A DNA stretch of 64,000 nucleotides from Massalongia carnosa (GCA_965645245.1 OZ287073.1:1054001-1118000), one strand, 5' to 3'; shown: positions 38,100 to 51,279, counted from the stretch's first letter. Notes: generated from the letters alone by a model not told the origin. Translations and numbers: made by a program.

Positions 38100-40238
38100 C
38101 TAGGTAAAAAAGTACCGACGGCAGCTGGGCGTGCCGCAGAGACAACGCGAAGGGCGGTACCCGTTTTTTTTCTCCATCGCGTCAGCCTTTTCCTCCGTAA
38201 TGATTTCCCTATTTTCTGAATCCTTGTAGTCAAACGTCAGCTCAGTGCCAGGCGCGATTGCTTCAATAGTAAAGAATGCGATATCATAAATGTCGGTGTC
38301 AGCATGGTTGTACGAGACTGTGAATATGCGGCAGTTGGGTTCGCACGAGTGATTCAAGAACCGGCTGGGACCGCCATGGTTCATGCCATCGCATACGTAG
38401 GGAGGCTTGCAGTGGGGGTTGAGCCAGCGCTGCGCTTCTCCACCCTCGTCTTCGATTTCGTAATCACCCTGCTTGACTCGGCGTTTGATATCGCGCCATT
38501 CTTCAGGGGACACAAGCTTCTTCAGTTCCTTTGGCTCTGTCCAGCGCTCGGTGAAGTAATCAAGATCCATGAAATAGTTGTCTTGAGCTGCCGTGCGACC
38601 TAGACCACGTCGCTCAGCCTCGTCATTGGTGATTATCTCCCCTCGGTAGGTGTCCAGAAATTGGCCTTTCTGCAGCGCGACGGGGCATCTTAGTCCTTAA
38701 AATAGTGAGCTCATAAATAATCGTCTACAGATTTAGAGGAAATTCACTTACCCCATCCACGATTCTGAGTCTTGAAGATTTCAAGTGGTACCTTCCTTCC
38801 ATGCTGAACGACTTTGTTCTTACAATTTTCCTTGCAGTTACATTCCTTGTTACATTCATAGATATGATGACGGCTGTTGAGATAAAATGGACGAAGACAA
38901 CCTCGCCAGCGTTTGGCGGAATATGGAAAATGCACGTCTCCGTTCTCATCTCGGGCGGATTGCTGTAAGCACGCGCAATGCCGGTATTCGCAGCCGCAGT
39001 TGCGGCCATTTTCCTCCCGGCAGCTGCATCCGCTCATAAAACCTTCGTCGAGAACCTTGACGCCTTCACCAATGATGTTGCTGTTAATAAAATTGAAGGA
39101 AACCGGGGGTGAGGTTTCATCTATGTCATTAGATAGCTTGATGGGAGGGCCTCCTAGTCGCTCGAGATTCTTTAAAAAGTGTCGCCGTAACTCTTTTGAA
39201 GTAGATTGTGAAACCGGTATTTCAATGTAAGCTTTGGCGACGATGGCTGGCTTTTGGGCAAGCTGGGATGCAACATGCGCATTTGGATCAATGAAGGTTT
39301 CTGGGGTCTTGCTATGGACCACACGAGGTAGTGATTTGTCTTTCGTCAAGTATTGGCGGAATAGATGAGTCGTTGAGGTGAGCACTGTTACAATCCATTA
39401 GCGAGGTCAGATGATCACAAGCCGCACATAACCTGGACAGTTGAGTGAAATCCGTCAGGAAGACAATTCCTCTTCTTAACCAGCGAACTGTTTTTATTTT
39501 AAAATAAAATTAAATACATACCTTTTTTCGTGGAGTTTGGGTCAGCGCTAAGGATGTCATCGGAGTCTGATTCTGTCTCATCATTACTTTCTTCCTCACT
39601 CTCGTCCTCTTTTTCATTTTTATCTTCATCCTCATCTTCATCATCGGTAATTGCATTGAAGTCTAAGATGAAATTAGTGCTTGAATCATGATAGTGTTAA
39701 CTTAGTGTGGGATTCTGAGGAGTTGAACACGTTAGTGGGTTTGAAGTCGAGTATGTGCAGAGTGTTCTGAAGCCTAGGCCTGGGAAAAATCGGGGCAGTA
39801 CCTTTACCTCGATTCACCCTTAACCGCTTCTGAGGAATTATCTCATCTCTGTGCTTTTTGAACTGCGTAGGTTGCTCATCATCACCCGTCAAATCAATAT
39901 ATTGACGTTTGCTTGGGGTTTGATCGACATCGTAAATTGAATTTGGTCTTGAATCTCGAATCCTGATATTGATGCTGTTGTTTACAGGTGGATTAGTACT
40001 ATTGACTAGTAAATGCAAGACGAAAGAATGCTTTGCATACCTCACGGCTAGTGGTGTACTCGTCTTAAATTCATCATCCGAACTTGAAGAACGTCGGTTC
40101 AGCTTGGCTCGTCTTTCCAGTCGCTATAACATTTTTTTTATTAAACTTTTAAATGACATAATAATAAATAGACGAAGCAGATCCGCATACCTTTTTATTG
40201 TTGTTATTGAAAGTCAAGTTTCTCGAATCAAATGACAT
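38100..40238 (-). CDS. dim-5: Histone H3K9 methyltransferase DIM-5/Clr4 (multi-exon)
   Basis: Pre-SET Cys cluster GCSC...CGCEYRHCAC...IYECNKECNCKENCKNKVVQ. SET motifs NRGWGL, RFLNHSCEPN and ELTFDY (Phe at the F/Y switch, trimethylase type). Post-SET CLCGTPSCR. The 5' exons are inferred by eye. Confidence 0.93.
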
Positions 40239-41647
40239 CTAAGTTTCACGTTAGTCGATTTACTTTTTGTGCTGGATTAGGAATTGTTAGGATTTCTGTA
40301 GCAGGCAATTACAAACGCGATAGGCATCTTCGTTGATTAAATATATAAATACCTTGAAAACTGGTAAGATATGCTGTTTTCGTTGTTTAAGTGGATTTTG
40401 TTGTCGATTGTTATGCATAAATAACAGAATAAAATACGTATTAAAATATCGTGTATTTTGAAATCTATTTCTTAATATATATTTTATTCTTGATAAATCC
40501 TTACCTTTATTAGATCTTTATTTTATATTTGATTTATCTTATTGTCGAATTTTTTCCATTCAAAATCATCAGGTTTAACAATATATAAGGCTAGAAATGT
40601 TTACGTTGATCATATTTTAGGAGGGTTATCAATCGTTAAAGGTATTGCAGACAGTTTGCTTTCGCATTGCGAGTATTCCTCGAAATTATAACTTTTTGTT
40701 CGGTATTACCTATCTAGACAGTTGTAGTCTTCGACACTATATAAAATAACTAATATATTAAAAGTACTTGTTTTTAAAACTGATCGTTTGTGTGCCTACT
40801 TGCAGGCGCTTAGAGTTATTACTGATTGGTCTTTATTAAAATTTGTTGTCTATTGATTTCGAAAAAAAAACTAGAAGTTTACAACCACGGTCGTAAGCTT
40901 CTACAATCGGGAGATAATAGATGCTATAAACCTTGTTGAACTTATCGCATCTCCTATATGGATATGGATTCAACAGGGGCATAACGAGCCTTGCGTCTGA
41001 TTGGTTAAAATTCTATAGGTTAGCAGACTGACCTGAAGGGGCCCCTAATTACCTATACCCGCACACCTAGACCAACCTGGAGGCTAGAGGGTTTAGGCAG
41101 GCTCTTAGGCAGTGCTCGGCGTCCTGACGGCTATATTCGAGGACTCGAGAGGTAGACGAGGCTGAGCTATTATGGTTAAGTTTTAAAAGTCTCACGTTGT
41201 ATTTGATACATTGATTCTCAAGAATCATTAATACATGACGAGATAATAAGATAGCTCGTTAATATTTTTGAAGGAACAAATTGATAAGTAAAACTCGAAT
41301 CGTCTCTAAAGGCTAGAATCAGGGTCCTTGGTATTGTTTTCTGTTAACAAACTGCGATTACTTCGTACTCTGTATTCAATACTGTAAATACGTCACCAAC
41401 CGCGTCTAGGACCCCGCGGAGCTATCGCGCCCCCTCGTGACACCTCAATAAACTAATCACTTCTCTATCAGTCCCTCTCCTAGCCTCAAACTCGCTCAGA
41501 TTATATTCCTCATCCCGATCCTGCCTCTATCATCAACCAGTCATCCCCCCAACGGCACCCTCCCTCCTGATAGCCGCCGCTATCAGCCTTACCCGCTCAC
41601 TCTATCCTGACTGCCACCCGTTCGCTAAGCCCTACTTAGGTAACTAT

Positions 41648-42950
41648 CGCGCGGGTGAAAAAAAAAGATGCAACGTGGGCCGAGGTTTAAAAACTTTCCC
41701 ATAAAATTCATCAAAACATCATTATTTACATGTATAATAGCCAGTTATTGCAACGTGACTGTTAATCACACTTTGCAGTCGTTCAGGCATGGAACGAACA
41801 CGTTCATTTATGAACTCCTGAGAAACACGGTCCCAACCAGCCCGAATCAGTTCTTTCAAAGTAGCATCATCCCAATGTGGATATTTACGAACATGCTGTT
41901 TAATCGTTTGCCAGCAGTTTTCAATGGGGGAAAAATCGGGTGATGATGCACAATTGAAATAATGCTCCAAACGATGATCCTCCTTCTATATTTTCACAGC
42001 ATTTCTCGTTCTACCGGTGCTGTGTCCGGAGTCCCCATCTTCTTCCAAAACGAAGTCGTCGTCTCTGTCAGGCCACGGCTTGACTACAGGTTCGAGAATG
42101 GAGTCGATGTAGACCTGATGAGTCATTTTACCATCTCTGTTGCCCGGAACATCGTAAAATATGATATCAGATTTGAAATTGAATCCGACTGCAGCCCAGC
42201 AAGGCATTCGTTTTCGAGTCTTTTCGGGTGGAGAATCACGATGCTGAATACAATCCCAGCGATATCGAGTACCAGGCTAACGAATTATCCATAATTGACC
42301 TTCGGGACCGTGTCCGAAGTGCACTTCGTCGCTGAATCGAACTCGATGCTAGTCTTCTGATTTGGGATATCTTGCTTTCATTACCGAAGCATATTCAACT
42401 CTTCGTTCCATAGGAGTCTCATCAAGCCATCCTTTCACGCAGGCCAGGCATTTCTCATAATCCAAAGCCTTTCGAAGAATTTTATGTATGGTTCGACCTA
42501 CCACTTCAGCTCCTACCTCCATTGCAATTTGATCCCAAGTATATCTCTTTCCTTCGAGCTCTAAATCACTTTGTTGTAGAATTTGATCAGCCTCTCGCAC
42601 TTGTTCTCTAGTGACTTTTGATTTGCGACCTCGAGTGTCATTTATTTCTGAAATATGATGTCGCTTTCGTGGCGATGCTCCCTCTTCCAGCATTTTATAT
42701 CCTGCTCTCTCGGATCTGACATCAAATTCTTTGAAAATATCGCGCACGTCGTGTGGAAATCCTTTAGCAGAAAGATATTGATGCGCGCCTTGAACTTTGG
42801 CCTTCAGAGGAGTATCATAATGAATAGCACTAGGTTTAGAAAACATGATGTAGTTGAAAGTACGTGATTTTGTTGATTATTTAGGATTTTTTGGTGGGGT
42901 GATCAGGGGTTAACCTCGGCCCACGTTGCATATTTTTTTTCACCCGCGTG
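41648..42950 (-). mobile_element. Tc1/mariner-superfamily DNA transposon (1303 bp), defective
   Basis: Imperfect TIRs of ~40 bp, c(a/g)cgcgggtgaaaaaaaa(a)(t/g)atgcaacgtgggccgaggtt, at 41648-41687 and 42912-42950. The transposase lies inside, and ACTAT flanks both ends. Confidence 0.93.
41722..42846 (-). pseudogene. Tc1-like transposase (DD38E), single frame with three TAG stops
   Basis: TRGRKSK, ED*HRVRFSDEVHF, IIR*PG, CWAAVG, FVLEEDGDSGH, VKI*KEDH, SPDFSPIENCW, SMPERLQSVI. Confidence 0.9.
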
Positions 42951-43047
42951 ACTATGTATCTTTCTTTTTTTCTTCTAGAACTTTTCTTACTCCTTGCTAG
43001 ACTGCTGGATTTTTGAAGAAAAAATAAAAGGAAAAATATAATTAGAG

Positions 43048-44313
43048 ATGACGGCGGATGGGCAGCAGATGCCGTTCGTGAAGGATTTGGCTGCAAGTGG
43101 TATGTCGGTGTTTTTCATTTTCTTGTTGCCTGTGTGATTTTTGGGTTTACAAGCTTGTCGATTTTCTCCTCTTGCTTTCTTGGAATTGATATTGTGAAAA
43201 TTATGTCTATTTCCAAAGATACACATGTTATCTCCGTCCTTCAAGCAAAGATTCTCAACAAGTTCAAAAACGAAAGGATTCTTAGATCATGTTCCTCCCT
43301 CATCATTCCCATACACCCTAAGAACCTTAAAAACCCACTCATTAACCCCTTCACGCATCCAACTCTCTTCCTTTTTTCGAGCAAATCTCTCCACATCCCA
43401 TATAAACCTCCCCACACCCAAAAACTCTCAACTGCTAACCTCGCCCTTTCCCGCCAAACAGATCGACCCACGCGCGAAAAAGCCCTCGCCTCCCTACAAA
43501 ACTACCTGATCTCCACCCACACCTTCACAGACCTCGAACTGCTAAAAATCTGGAAAGGCCTCTTTTTCTGTCCGTCCCCCCTCTCCTCCATCCACCCCCC
43601 CCCCCCAAAAATCCCCACACTGAACCCCCCGAACAGGCATCTTCCACACCCCTCCCCCCCTTCCCCAACAGCGCCTCTCCACCATGCTCTCCAGTATCCT
43701 CCTTTCCCTTCCCCCCCAGCTCTTCCTCCCCTTCCTCCACGCCTTCTACACCACCCTTACCCAGCAATTCTCGCAAATCCCTTCCCTCCGCCTGGATAAA
43801 TACCTCCTCCTCCTGCGCCGCTACGTGCGCGCCTCCTTCCTCTACCTCCGCCTGCACTCCTTCGAGCCCGCGCTCGTGGACGGCTACCTGGCGCTTCTGG
43901 TTGGCGCCGTCGGCCCCTTGTCACCCGGGTGGCAGGGAGAGGCTAGGTGCGGGGCGAAGGTACCGGATGGGCTAAGGTACCACGTGCTGGACGTGTGGGT
44001 GGAGGAGCTGCGGGCGGGATTGGGCGCCGAACAGGACGATGGCTCGCTGCCGTCAGCGATAAGGGAACAGGGCGGTTTTTTCATGCAGCCGGTCAGGGCA
44101 TTGGCGACGAGCGCGCGCTCGAAACCGGTCCGGGCGAGGGCGAGAGAGGTGCTAAGGGAGTGGGAGGCTAGGTTTTCGGAGCGAGAGGGAGAGGGAGAGG
44201 GGGGAATGGAGGAAGGGAAAAACGACACTGAGGTGGAGGTGGTGGAGCGAGAGGAGCAGGAGCAGGAGGAGGAGGAGGAGGAGGAGGAGGAGTGGGCTGG
44301 GTTTGGGGATTGA
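43048..44313 (+). CDS. RRP1: Ribosomal RNA-processing protein Rrp1/Nop52 (3 exons)
   Basis: MTADGQQMPFVKDLAAS / DRPTREKALASL...ELLKIWKGLFFC / ...LRLDKYLLLLRRYV...KVPDGLRYHVLDVWVEEL...EWAGFGD*. Confidence 0.88.
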
Positions 44314-44720
44314 GAGGATAGGGAGCAGGGAGGGGGAGACCCGGGGGGGGGGGGGAGCAGTGGAAGATTGGAGGAGGGAGGTATGAATGCTATGTCGAAA
44401 TCGAAGGCAGGAATTTTTCGGTCGAGAGTGGACTTGCTGCATGAGAAGGAGATGGTAAACACTTGTAGTGGAGTCCTGTGGAGTGAAAAGTCCGAGGTTC
44501 GGACTAGAACATATGCCCAGCGAAACCAACGTGTCTACTTATAGATATGAGGATTACGCTGGGCGGATGAATCTCCGAGCGTGATTCAGATTCATAGGCG
44601 CGGGTGTTTGGGGATGTCGGGGGGCTTCGAGCGGTAAAAAAAAAAGAAAAGGATAAGTGACAAGATTATGCAGCGCAAGCAGCTGGTATCACCGGAAGTA
44701 TCCACCACAGACAGGATCAT

Positions 44721-46388
44721 CTAGGCCCTCCTCTTCATCTCCTCCAGGACGCCGCCAACCTCATACCTCCCCCTCCGGCTTAAGACGACCCCCAACCCCC
44801 GATGCACCTCGGCCTGCCACGGCTCGCAGGGGATCCTCTCCCCATCAATACTCACGCAACCGCCCTTGCGGGCCGGCACGAGCCTGTAGCCCGAAATCTT
44901 CCGATAGCGCACCTGGTCCAGGTCGAAAAACGCACCATCGGGCTCGCCGGCCGCGAGCATGGCGCGCACGGCGGCTAAGCGCGAGATGTCGCCGTCGATG
45001 GTGACGAGGTCGGCGTGGCCGTCTGCGGGGAGCGAGGCGGGGAAGATGTTGGTGGAGGGGCTCATGTAGGGCATGTTCCCGCACCAGAAGTTGCTGAGGG
45101 TAGGCGCGGGGAGAAGGGTCCAGCCAGGGGGGAGGGGATCGTTAATGGTGCCGTAGCGGAGGGGAGGGAGTCCGTCGCCTTCTTGGGTCTGGAAGGATGA
45201 CTCATCTGGGGAGACGGTGTGGTGTCTGTCAACAGGCCAAGAGTTACTTAGCTCGGCGCGGCAATGATCGCGAATCTCGGGCTTGGTGGCAATTTCCACT
45301 TTCACGGCGATGTCGCAGGGGTACACCGTTTTTCCTAGAAGGCGGACTAAATACCCCCAGGTGAACCGCAAACTGCCCATCCATCGGAGATGATCTGTAC
45401 CGAGGTCACATTCTGCGATTATGCCGAATGACTGGGATAGGAACGACAGGATTCGTCGATTGCCCTGGGTGATGGAAACGAGGTCCAAAGGCGTCCGAAT
45501 GCCTTTTACAAGCGCCAGGGCAGCCATACTTGGGCTGTCCGTCCCGTTTAGACTTAAGCAGAGAGCATTCGCCGAGCCGCATGGAAGCTGTACCACGGCG
45601 ATTTTCGAGAGAGCTCTCCTCGCATCTTGCCTTTTACCCAGACCGTTGAAGATCTCATGCGGAAGCCCGTCACCCGAACACGCTGCTACAACATCGTAGG
45701 CGTCAGCGTCTAGCTTCTCCGCAATTTCTACCGCATGCCCTTGGTACTGTGTTCGTTCCACATCGATATCGCAACGAGCTGCGGCCAGGATGGGCTCAAT
45801 GTCTCGATTGTACCATTTCTGTGCGCTGCCCTTCCCGCCGACAGGATTTATGAGAATCTTGATGCGCTTCCTCAACCGTGACACGCCGTATGCGTAGTGC
45901 AGCAGCTTAGAGACCCAGGATGATGCGAGGTTTTGCATTGACTTTTCAACTAGGTAGTTAAACGAGGCGACTTGCACGACGGATTTCGAGGCTTGTTGTG
46001 CATAGTGAACTGTAAGATCGAAGTCTGATAGCTCTGCCCATAGTATGTTGAAGAATGGAATCGCGCGGGTGGTTTTCGAGCCTGAGAGAATGAGCGCTTT
46101 CGCTGTTTGATAGGACCATCTTGCGCCACTTACCAATAGAAATTAGAACGCAGCAATTGATAGACTCTCGTCTCGAAAACCCCTCATCTGCACTCTCGTC
46201 AGCGCCTAAATCAACAATAGCGCAAGCGTGGTGGGGTGTGTGCCAAGAACAATCAGAGAATCGGTGCCTAGAGTCAGTGAGGCACTTCTCCCAACCACCA
46301 GCGTGTCGCTCGCGGCATCATTGGGCTGTATCACGGTAGTGATAGGATCTGCAAATGGGTCGTTATCGACGGGTAACGCTGGTGCCAT
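44721..46388 (-). CDS. LCB4: Sphingoid long-chain base kinase
   Basis: LINPVGGKG, CSGDGLPHEIFNGL, LPCGSANA, LSQSFGIIAECDLGTDHLRWMG, SIDGE. Confidence 0.92.
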
Positions 46389-46948
46389 GATCAGTGTTAA
46401 GAATAAACATGATCAAGTTCATGAATCCTCCTTGCAGCTTTGGCTAAGGGATTAGAAGGATGAGCGGTACGGTACAAACGGCAGCCAAGTTTTGTAGTTG
46501 GATTCCGCCTCTTACAATATAAATACAACGAATGCAAGATAAGATACTTAGCATATCTTGGGGAAAATTAGCACGAGACGATCAGTACATGAGTGTTGCA
46601 ACAAAGATCTATATATCTGATTGGAGGATATCTATATCCTTCTTCAACCATTGTTGCTACCTATCATACAGGCAAACAGCCAAGAAGCAGGCGACCCCTG
46701 ACTCTTCCCCTGTACACATCAAGACCATCGTCCTCCATAGGTGCTCAACTCTTCTTAACAGGGGTTTACTCGGTATCTAGAGATCTTCTAGGTAAAACCC
46801 ACGACCTTTGCACGTAAACAGCATCACAACTAATTCGACGCTTCTCCACCCGCTCCAGTTCTGGAGCGATCAGTCTCGAAGTAAACATGGGCGTAAATGC
46901 ACGACTTCGACGTGTTATAGTTTGAGGACTGTGATTAAAAATCGTTGG

Positions 46949-49900
46949 TCAAGCAGACCCCCCAACTTTGTTTAGCCCCTTGAGAGAGCCAAGGCTTAAC
47001 GCGAGGCCTTGCGATCTACTTCGAATACGCACAAAACCTGTCACAGGTCCATCATCGCCTTCTTTTTCGATGCTCAGGTTGGCTAAAGCATCCTCGCCTA
47101 CGCATGCTGTTAATAACCGCCTCCATAATCACCAGAAGAAACACGTACCAAAAACGCTGCGAGCATAAAGATTCGCGCTTAAAAACTGGCAGTCTCCTTT
47201 CATTGACGCTTCTGGCGTCAGACAAGTCATATTCGTACAAGCCATTAACTGTGTGAGGAATTCCCGTAACGATTTGGCCTTGGAATTGATATTGACTTTA
47301 TTTTCCCACTCGAACTCAGTCCACATTGTCCTGAACTGCGTTTCCGTACAATGCGCTGGCTGGATGTAGTCCATAATGTCCACATGCACATCGCTAAGAA
47401 TCACAACGTTGCTCTCTGTTGAGCTTGATCCATCGTATACCACGTTGCCGAAGATAACACCAGTGTCTGTTGACGATACTTTAATGGTACTTTGTACGTT
47501 TTGGAAGTCATGTGGACCAAGGTTTTGCGTTGTGGGCCGTTCGACAACTTTCAAGTCGCCTAAAGTAGCGAACTCGACCGAGAGATTCTGTAGAGTCTCC
47601 GACGTTTGGTTGACGAGTAGAACATCGAGAACGATATCGAATTGGTGAACTTTGACGTATGCTTCGGCATACACGGGATCCGAAAACCCTGTGAGTTGCA
47701 CCACTCTGCTCAACTTCGAAGAAAGATCCTCCGTTGCCGAGTCTCCACCAGTCGCTTTTTCTAGATCGAGATCAAATTCGTCAGAGCCATCACCGGTGGC
47801 CTTCTTGGCGAGTTGGCGGATGGAAACAACATCATCCACCTGGACTGCAGACTTTGCCTTCTCGACAGCTTCCTTTGCAGCTCGTTTCTTCTCTTCTACT
47901 TGCACCATCGCGCGGAATGCCTTTCTCGTATCATTCAAGAAAACTGTCTCGAGATCCTTCTTCTGTGCAAACTCGGCAAGCGATCTAACACAAGACATGA
48001 TCCGGTCCACGGAGTCCTCGTCAATGGGTGCCTTCACGAACTGGGACTGACCAACGCGTATTATGGATATCATGATGAGCATAGCTTCGGCACGGAGCGC
48101 ATTCGTTCGAGCCGAGTCTTGCGAAATCTCCGAGTGTCGCATAACGAGTTTCGTCAATGTCGATGATAAGACAGATGCGAGATAAAAGTCTCCGTCCAGA
48201 ATCAGTTGCCGCAACGGAGGTTTCTGTGCAGCCTTTACAGCTTCTAATTTCGCAGCAGCGGATGACTGACTCGTTAGAGCATTCTCAGTTGCGTACGTGC
48301 CATCTGCCAGCACTTTCCTGGAACCGGTGGGTGCTGAGGGTTTCGCGTGCCCGTTCACCTGCTCTTTGGGTTCTTGGTGCTCCTCGGGAACTTCTTCAAG
48401 CAGCCGTTGTTCAGACGATAATATTGGGATCTCTCCAAGGCTTACTCGGATCTTGTTCCATGCTTCTCGGATATCGTTCGCTTCCAACGAATATTCGCCA
48501 ACAATCCACAGAGCCCCCCTGTACACCTTACCAGCCCGAACCTCGCTCAGAGTAGACACGAGACGCTCAACAATGGAAGGTCTTAACTTGGGAAATTTCT
48601 CAACCACTTCCTTCACAAACGAGATCACATCCACAGCCGAGGTTGCGTTAAAGTCGGCAATAAATTCCATCAGCAAGTCAACCACAGAAGCCGCGACTTC
48701 GGAAAATTTGATAGCACACTGGTGGATGGAATGGATGAGTAATTGGCGGTATTCGTTATTCTAGATCTAGTCTCAACGATTCTTCATTTAGTTTCGGGTA
48801 CATCCCTACCTTTTCATACTGTTCATCTAGCGTCTTCGAAAGCTCTTTTTTCAATAACATCACAACCTCTTCCACATTTTTGCTTGATACCATTTCCAAC
48901 GCTAAGCCAAGAGCCTTTCTTCGTACATCGATATCTGGGCTCGAAAGCACTCGTAGAATTTCCATAGTCAAGTCGTCCAGAACGCCTTCGTTCCTCTTTC
49001 GAAGCTGATCTACTCGGTCCAGGACAATCAATTTGACATTGTTGTCTGCTTCTTTAATGCTTAGTTCAATGAACTTGGCTGCAGCAGCCTTCACGGCTAC
49101 AGGGTTATTTGTGAGTGACGTTAGAGATGATGCAGCTTCATACACAACAGTCGTTGCTCCAGCTTCCAAAAGATCAAATATTAATCGTAGATAGCGACCC
49201 TATCCATGTGTCAATCTCCAAGATGTAACCTAGCTACACGTGAATGGATGAAAGACCTTATTTTGCGAATTCTGAACTGCATCTTTTCGGATGAACTCCA
49301 GCTCAACCAGCTGAAGCAGCTCATCTGCATTAGGTATGCCATCGAATGTTCCACTTAAGTACGCTAACGCTTTGTCGTGGCTCATTGCACTTAGCGCTGC
49401 AAAAGCGTTCCGCTTACATGTGTGATCACTCTCGCTTTCAAGAAACGTCTGTATAAGCTCAGGGGCATCTGGTATTAAGGACTCGGAATGATGGTATATG
49501 GAAGAAACGGCGAAAACGGCGTTTTTGCGAACGTATGCATGTCGATGCTCTAAACACGAGCGAGCCGAGGAGAGTAGCGGCTCAATAAGTTCAGCTTCTC
49601 GGAGCTTACATAAAAACCGCAGGGTGTTCCCTCGGATATATTCATTGGGATGTTGGAGATCATTACGGATACCATTGCTTTGATTTCGGTCAGCAGACTT
49701 GCCCTTCAGAGCCGACTGTTGGCAACAATACCAAACAAGAATCATCTCCTGCTTCAATTTCCCCGATATATCAAGCTTCGGGCATATTTCGTAATAAAAG
49801 TACAGGAGTTTCTTGAGCGGTTTGCTCTTTGAGGGCATAACAAATCGTATTATATGCATAAGTAATTGCGGCATAGCATCACCATTGAGCATGATGGTAA

Positions 49901-50036
49901 GAATTCGCTTCATTGTTTCCACTTTAGATTCGTCCGTGCCCTTCTCCAGTTGGGTCTTGAGCTCCTGCAACGTTGGCTGGTCGGCGGTATTATCCTGATG
50001 AACCATGCTATATGCATGCTCTAAAAACGTCGCCAT
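46949..50036 (-). CDS. SEC26: Coatomer subunit beta (COPI beta-COP)
   Basis: [86 protein letters not shown]. Confidence 0.97.
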
Positions 50037-50496
50037 GATAGAAAACCACGGATCGTATCCGTTTGCTCTTGAGGCCCGTCCACTTTTGAGCAGTTAAGGT
50101 GTAAGAAGCCCTAGGCTTTTTGTACTATACTACCTCAGACTTTCTTCCTAATTGCCAGTACGGAATGAATCACAGCGGCGGTTTGTAGTTGCGACAGATA
50201 TAGTTGGAAGACTATGCGAAATCATAAGAGAATTGAACCTCTGGAGAAGTATAACCTAGGGCAAATACTAGCTATTCGTTCTGTTTATTCTGCTGGCTAT
50301 GAAAAGTAAGTGGTGTGTCTTTTAGGAGCGGAACTTATTTATTCCACTAGCTTAAGCTGCGTAGCGGTACTCTTAACCTTAACTCTTGTTAACGCCTGAG
50401 CTTCCGCTTACCGCTTAGTTACCCGATTCAAGTTAGGCCGATCTTTCGCCCATCATTTTGCGCCTCTCGATCATTGTCGCGGTTTTCAATTTCAAC

Positions 50497-51279
50497 ATGG
50501 CCGCCTCAAACGAACCATTCTACGTCCGCTACTAGTAAGATATTGATTGCCCGGGTTCCTGCAGCCGCTGATTCTTCTGCGGTAGCTCAGGACACTCTGG
50601 GCGGTTTGGTCATGAGTTTCTAGGTAAATTGAGAGCCCACAGCAATGAACTTCCCACAGTATGAGTTAATCATTGCTCAGAATTTGACTTCCGCACTCTT
50701 GGAGATGGACGCAGCGCGTCAGCTCGATATGCCAACAACTCAAACTACCGTAATGATTCCTTGATCAGGAAAGAAAGTGCGTTACAGCTTCAGGAACATG
50801 ATATGGGGACCTGACTTGTTGTAGTGTGCGTCAGCTCGCTACTCATCGCCGAGATTAAGCGCATCGTGAAGGAGAGCGAGATTATGAAGTTGGTTCAGCC
50901 TTCACCTGTCAACTCATATCGCTATGCTAACCTGGCCGAAGGGAAGATGACGAGAAATGGCCGGAGAAGAATAAGGATGGGCGTCAAGAGTTGGAGATCC
51001 GGCTGGGAAACGAACACATCTCCTTTGAAGTCTTTGTCCCCCCTTAAATCTCATCAAAGAGCTGAGCACTGACGTCTCATTAATAGACTGCAAAAATTGG
51101 ATCGCTTGTCGATGTCACTGAGTCTGCTGATCCTGAAGGATTGAGGGTATTTTACTATCTTGTGCAAGATCTGAAGGCACTTGTGTTTTCATTAATCTCT
51201 CTTCACTTCAAGGTATGTGCTTGATATGAAAGGAGGGTATATATGGAATGCTGACTTTCTATAGATTAAACCGATCTAA
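50497..51279 (+). CDS. mago: Mago nashi, exon junction complex core subunit (about 7 short exons)
   Basis: [102 protein letters not shown]. Confidence 0.95.
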
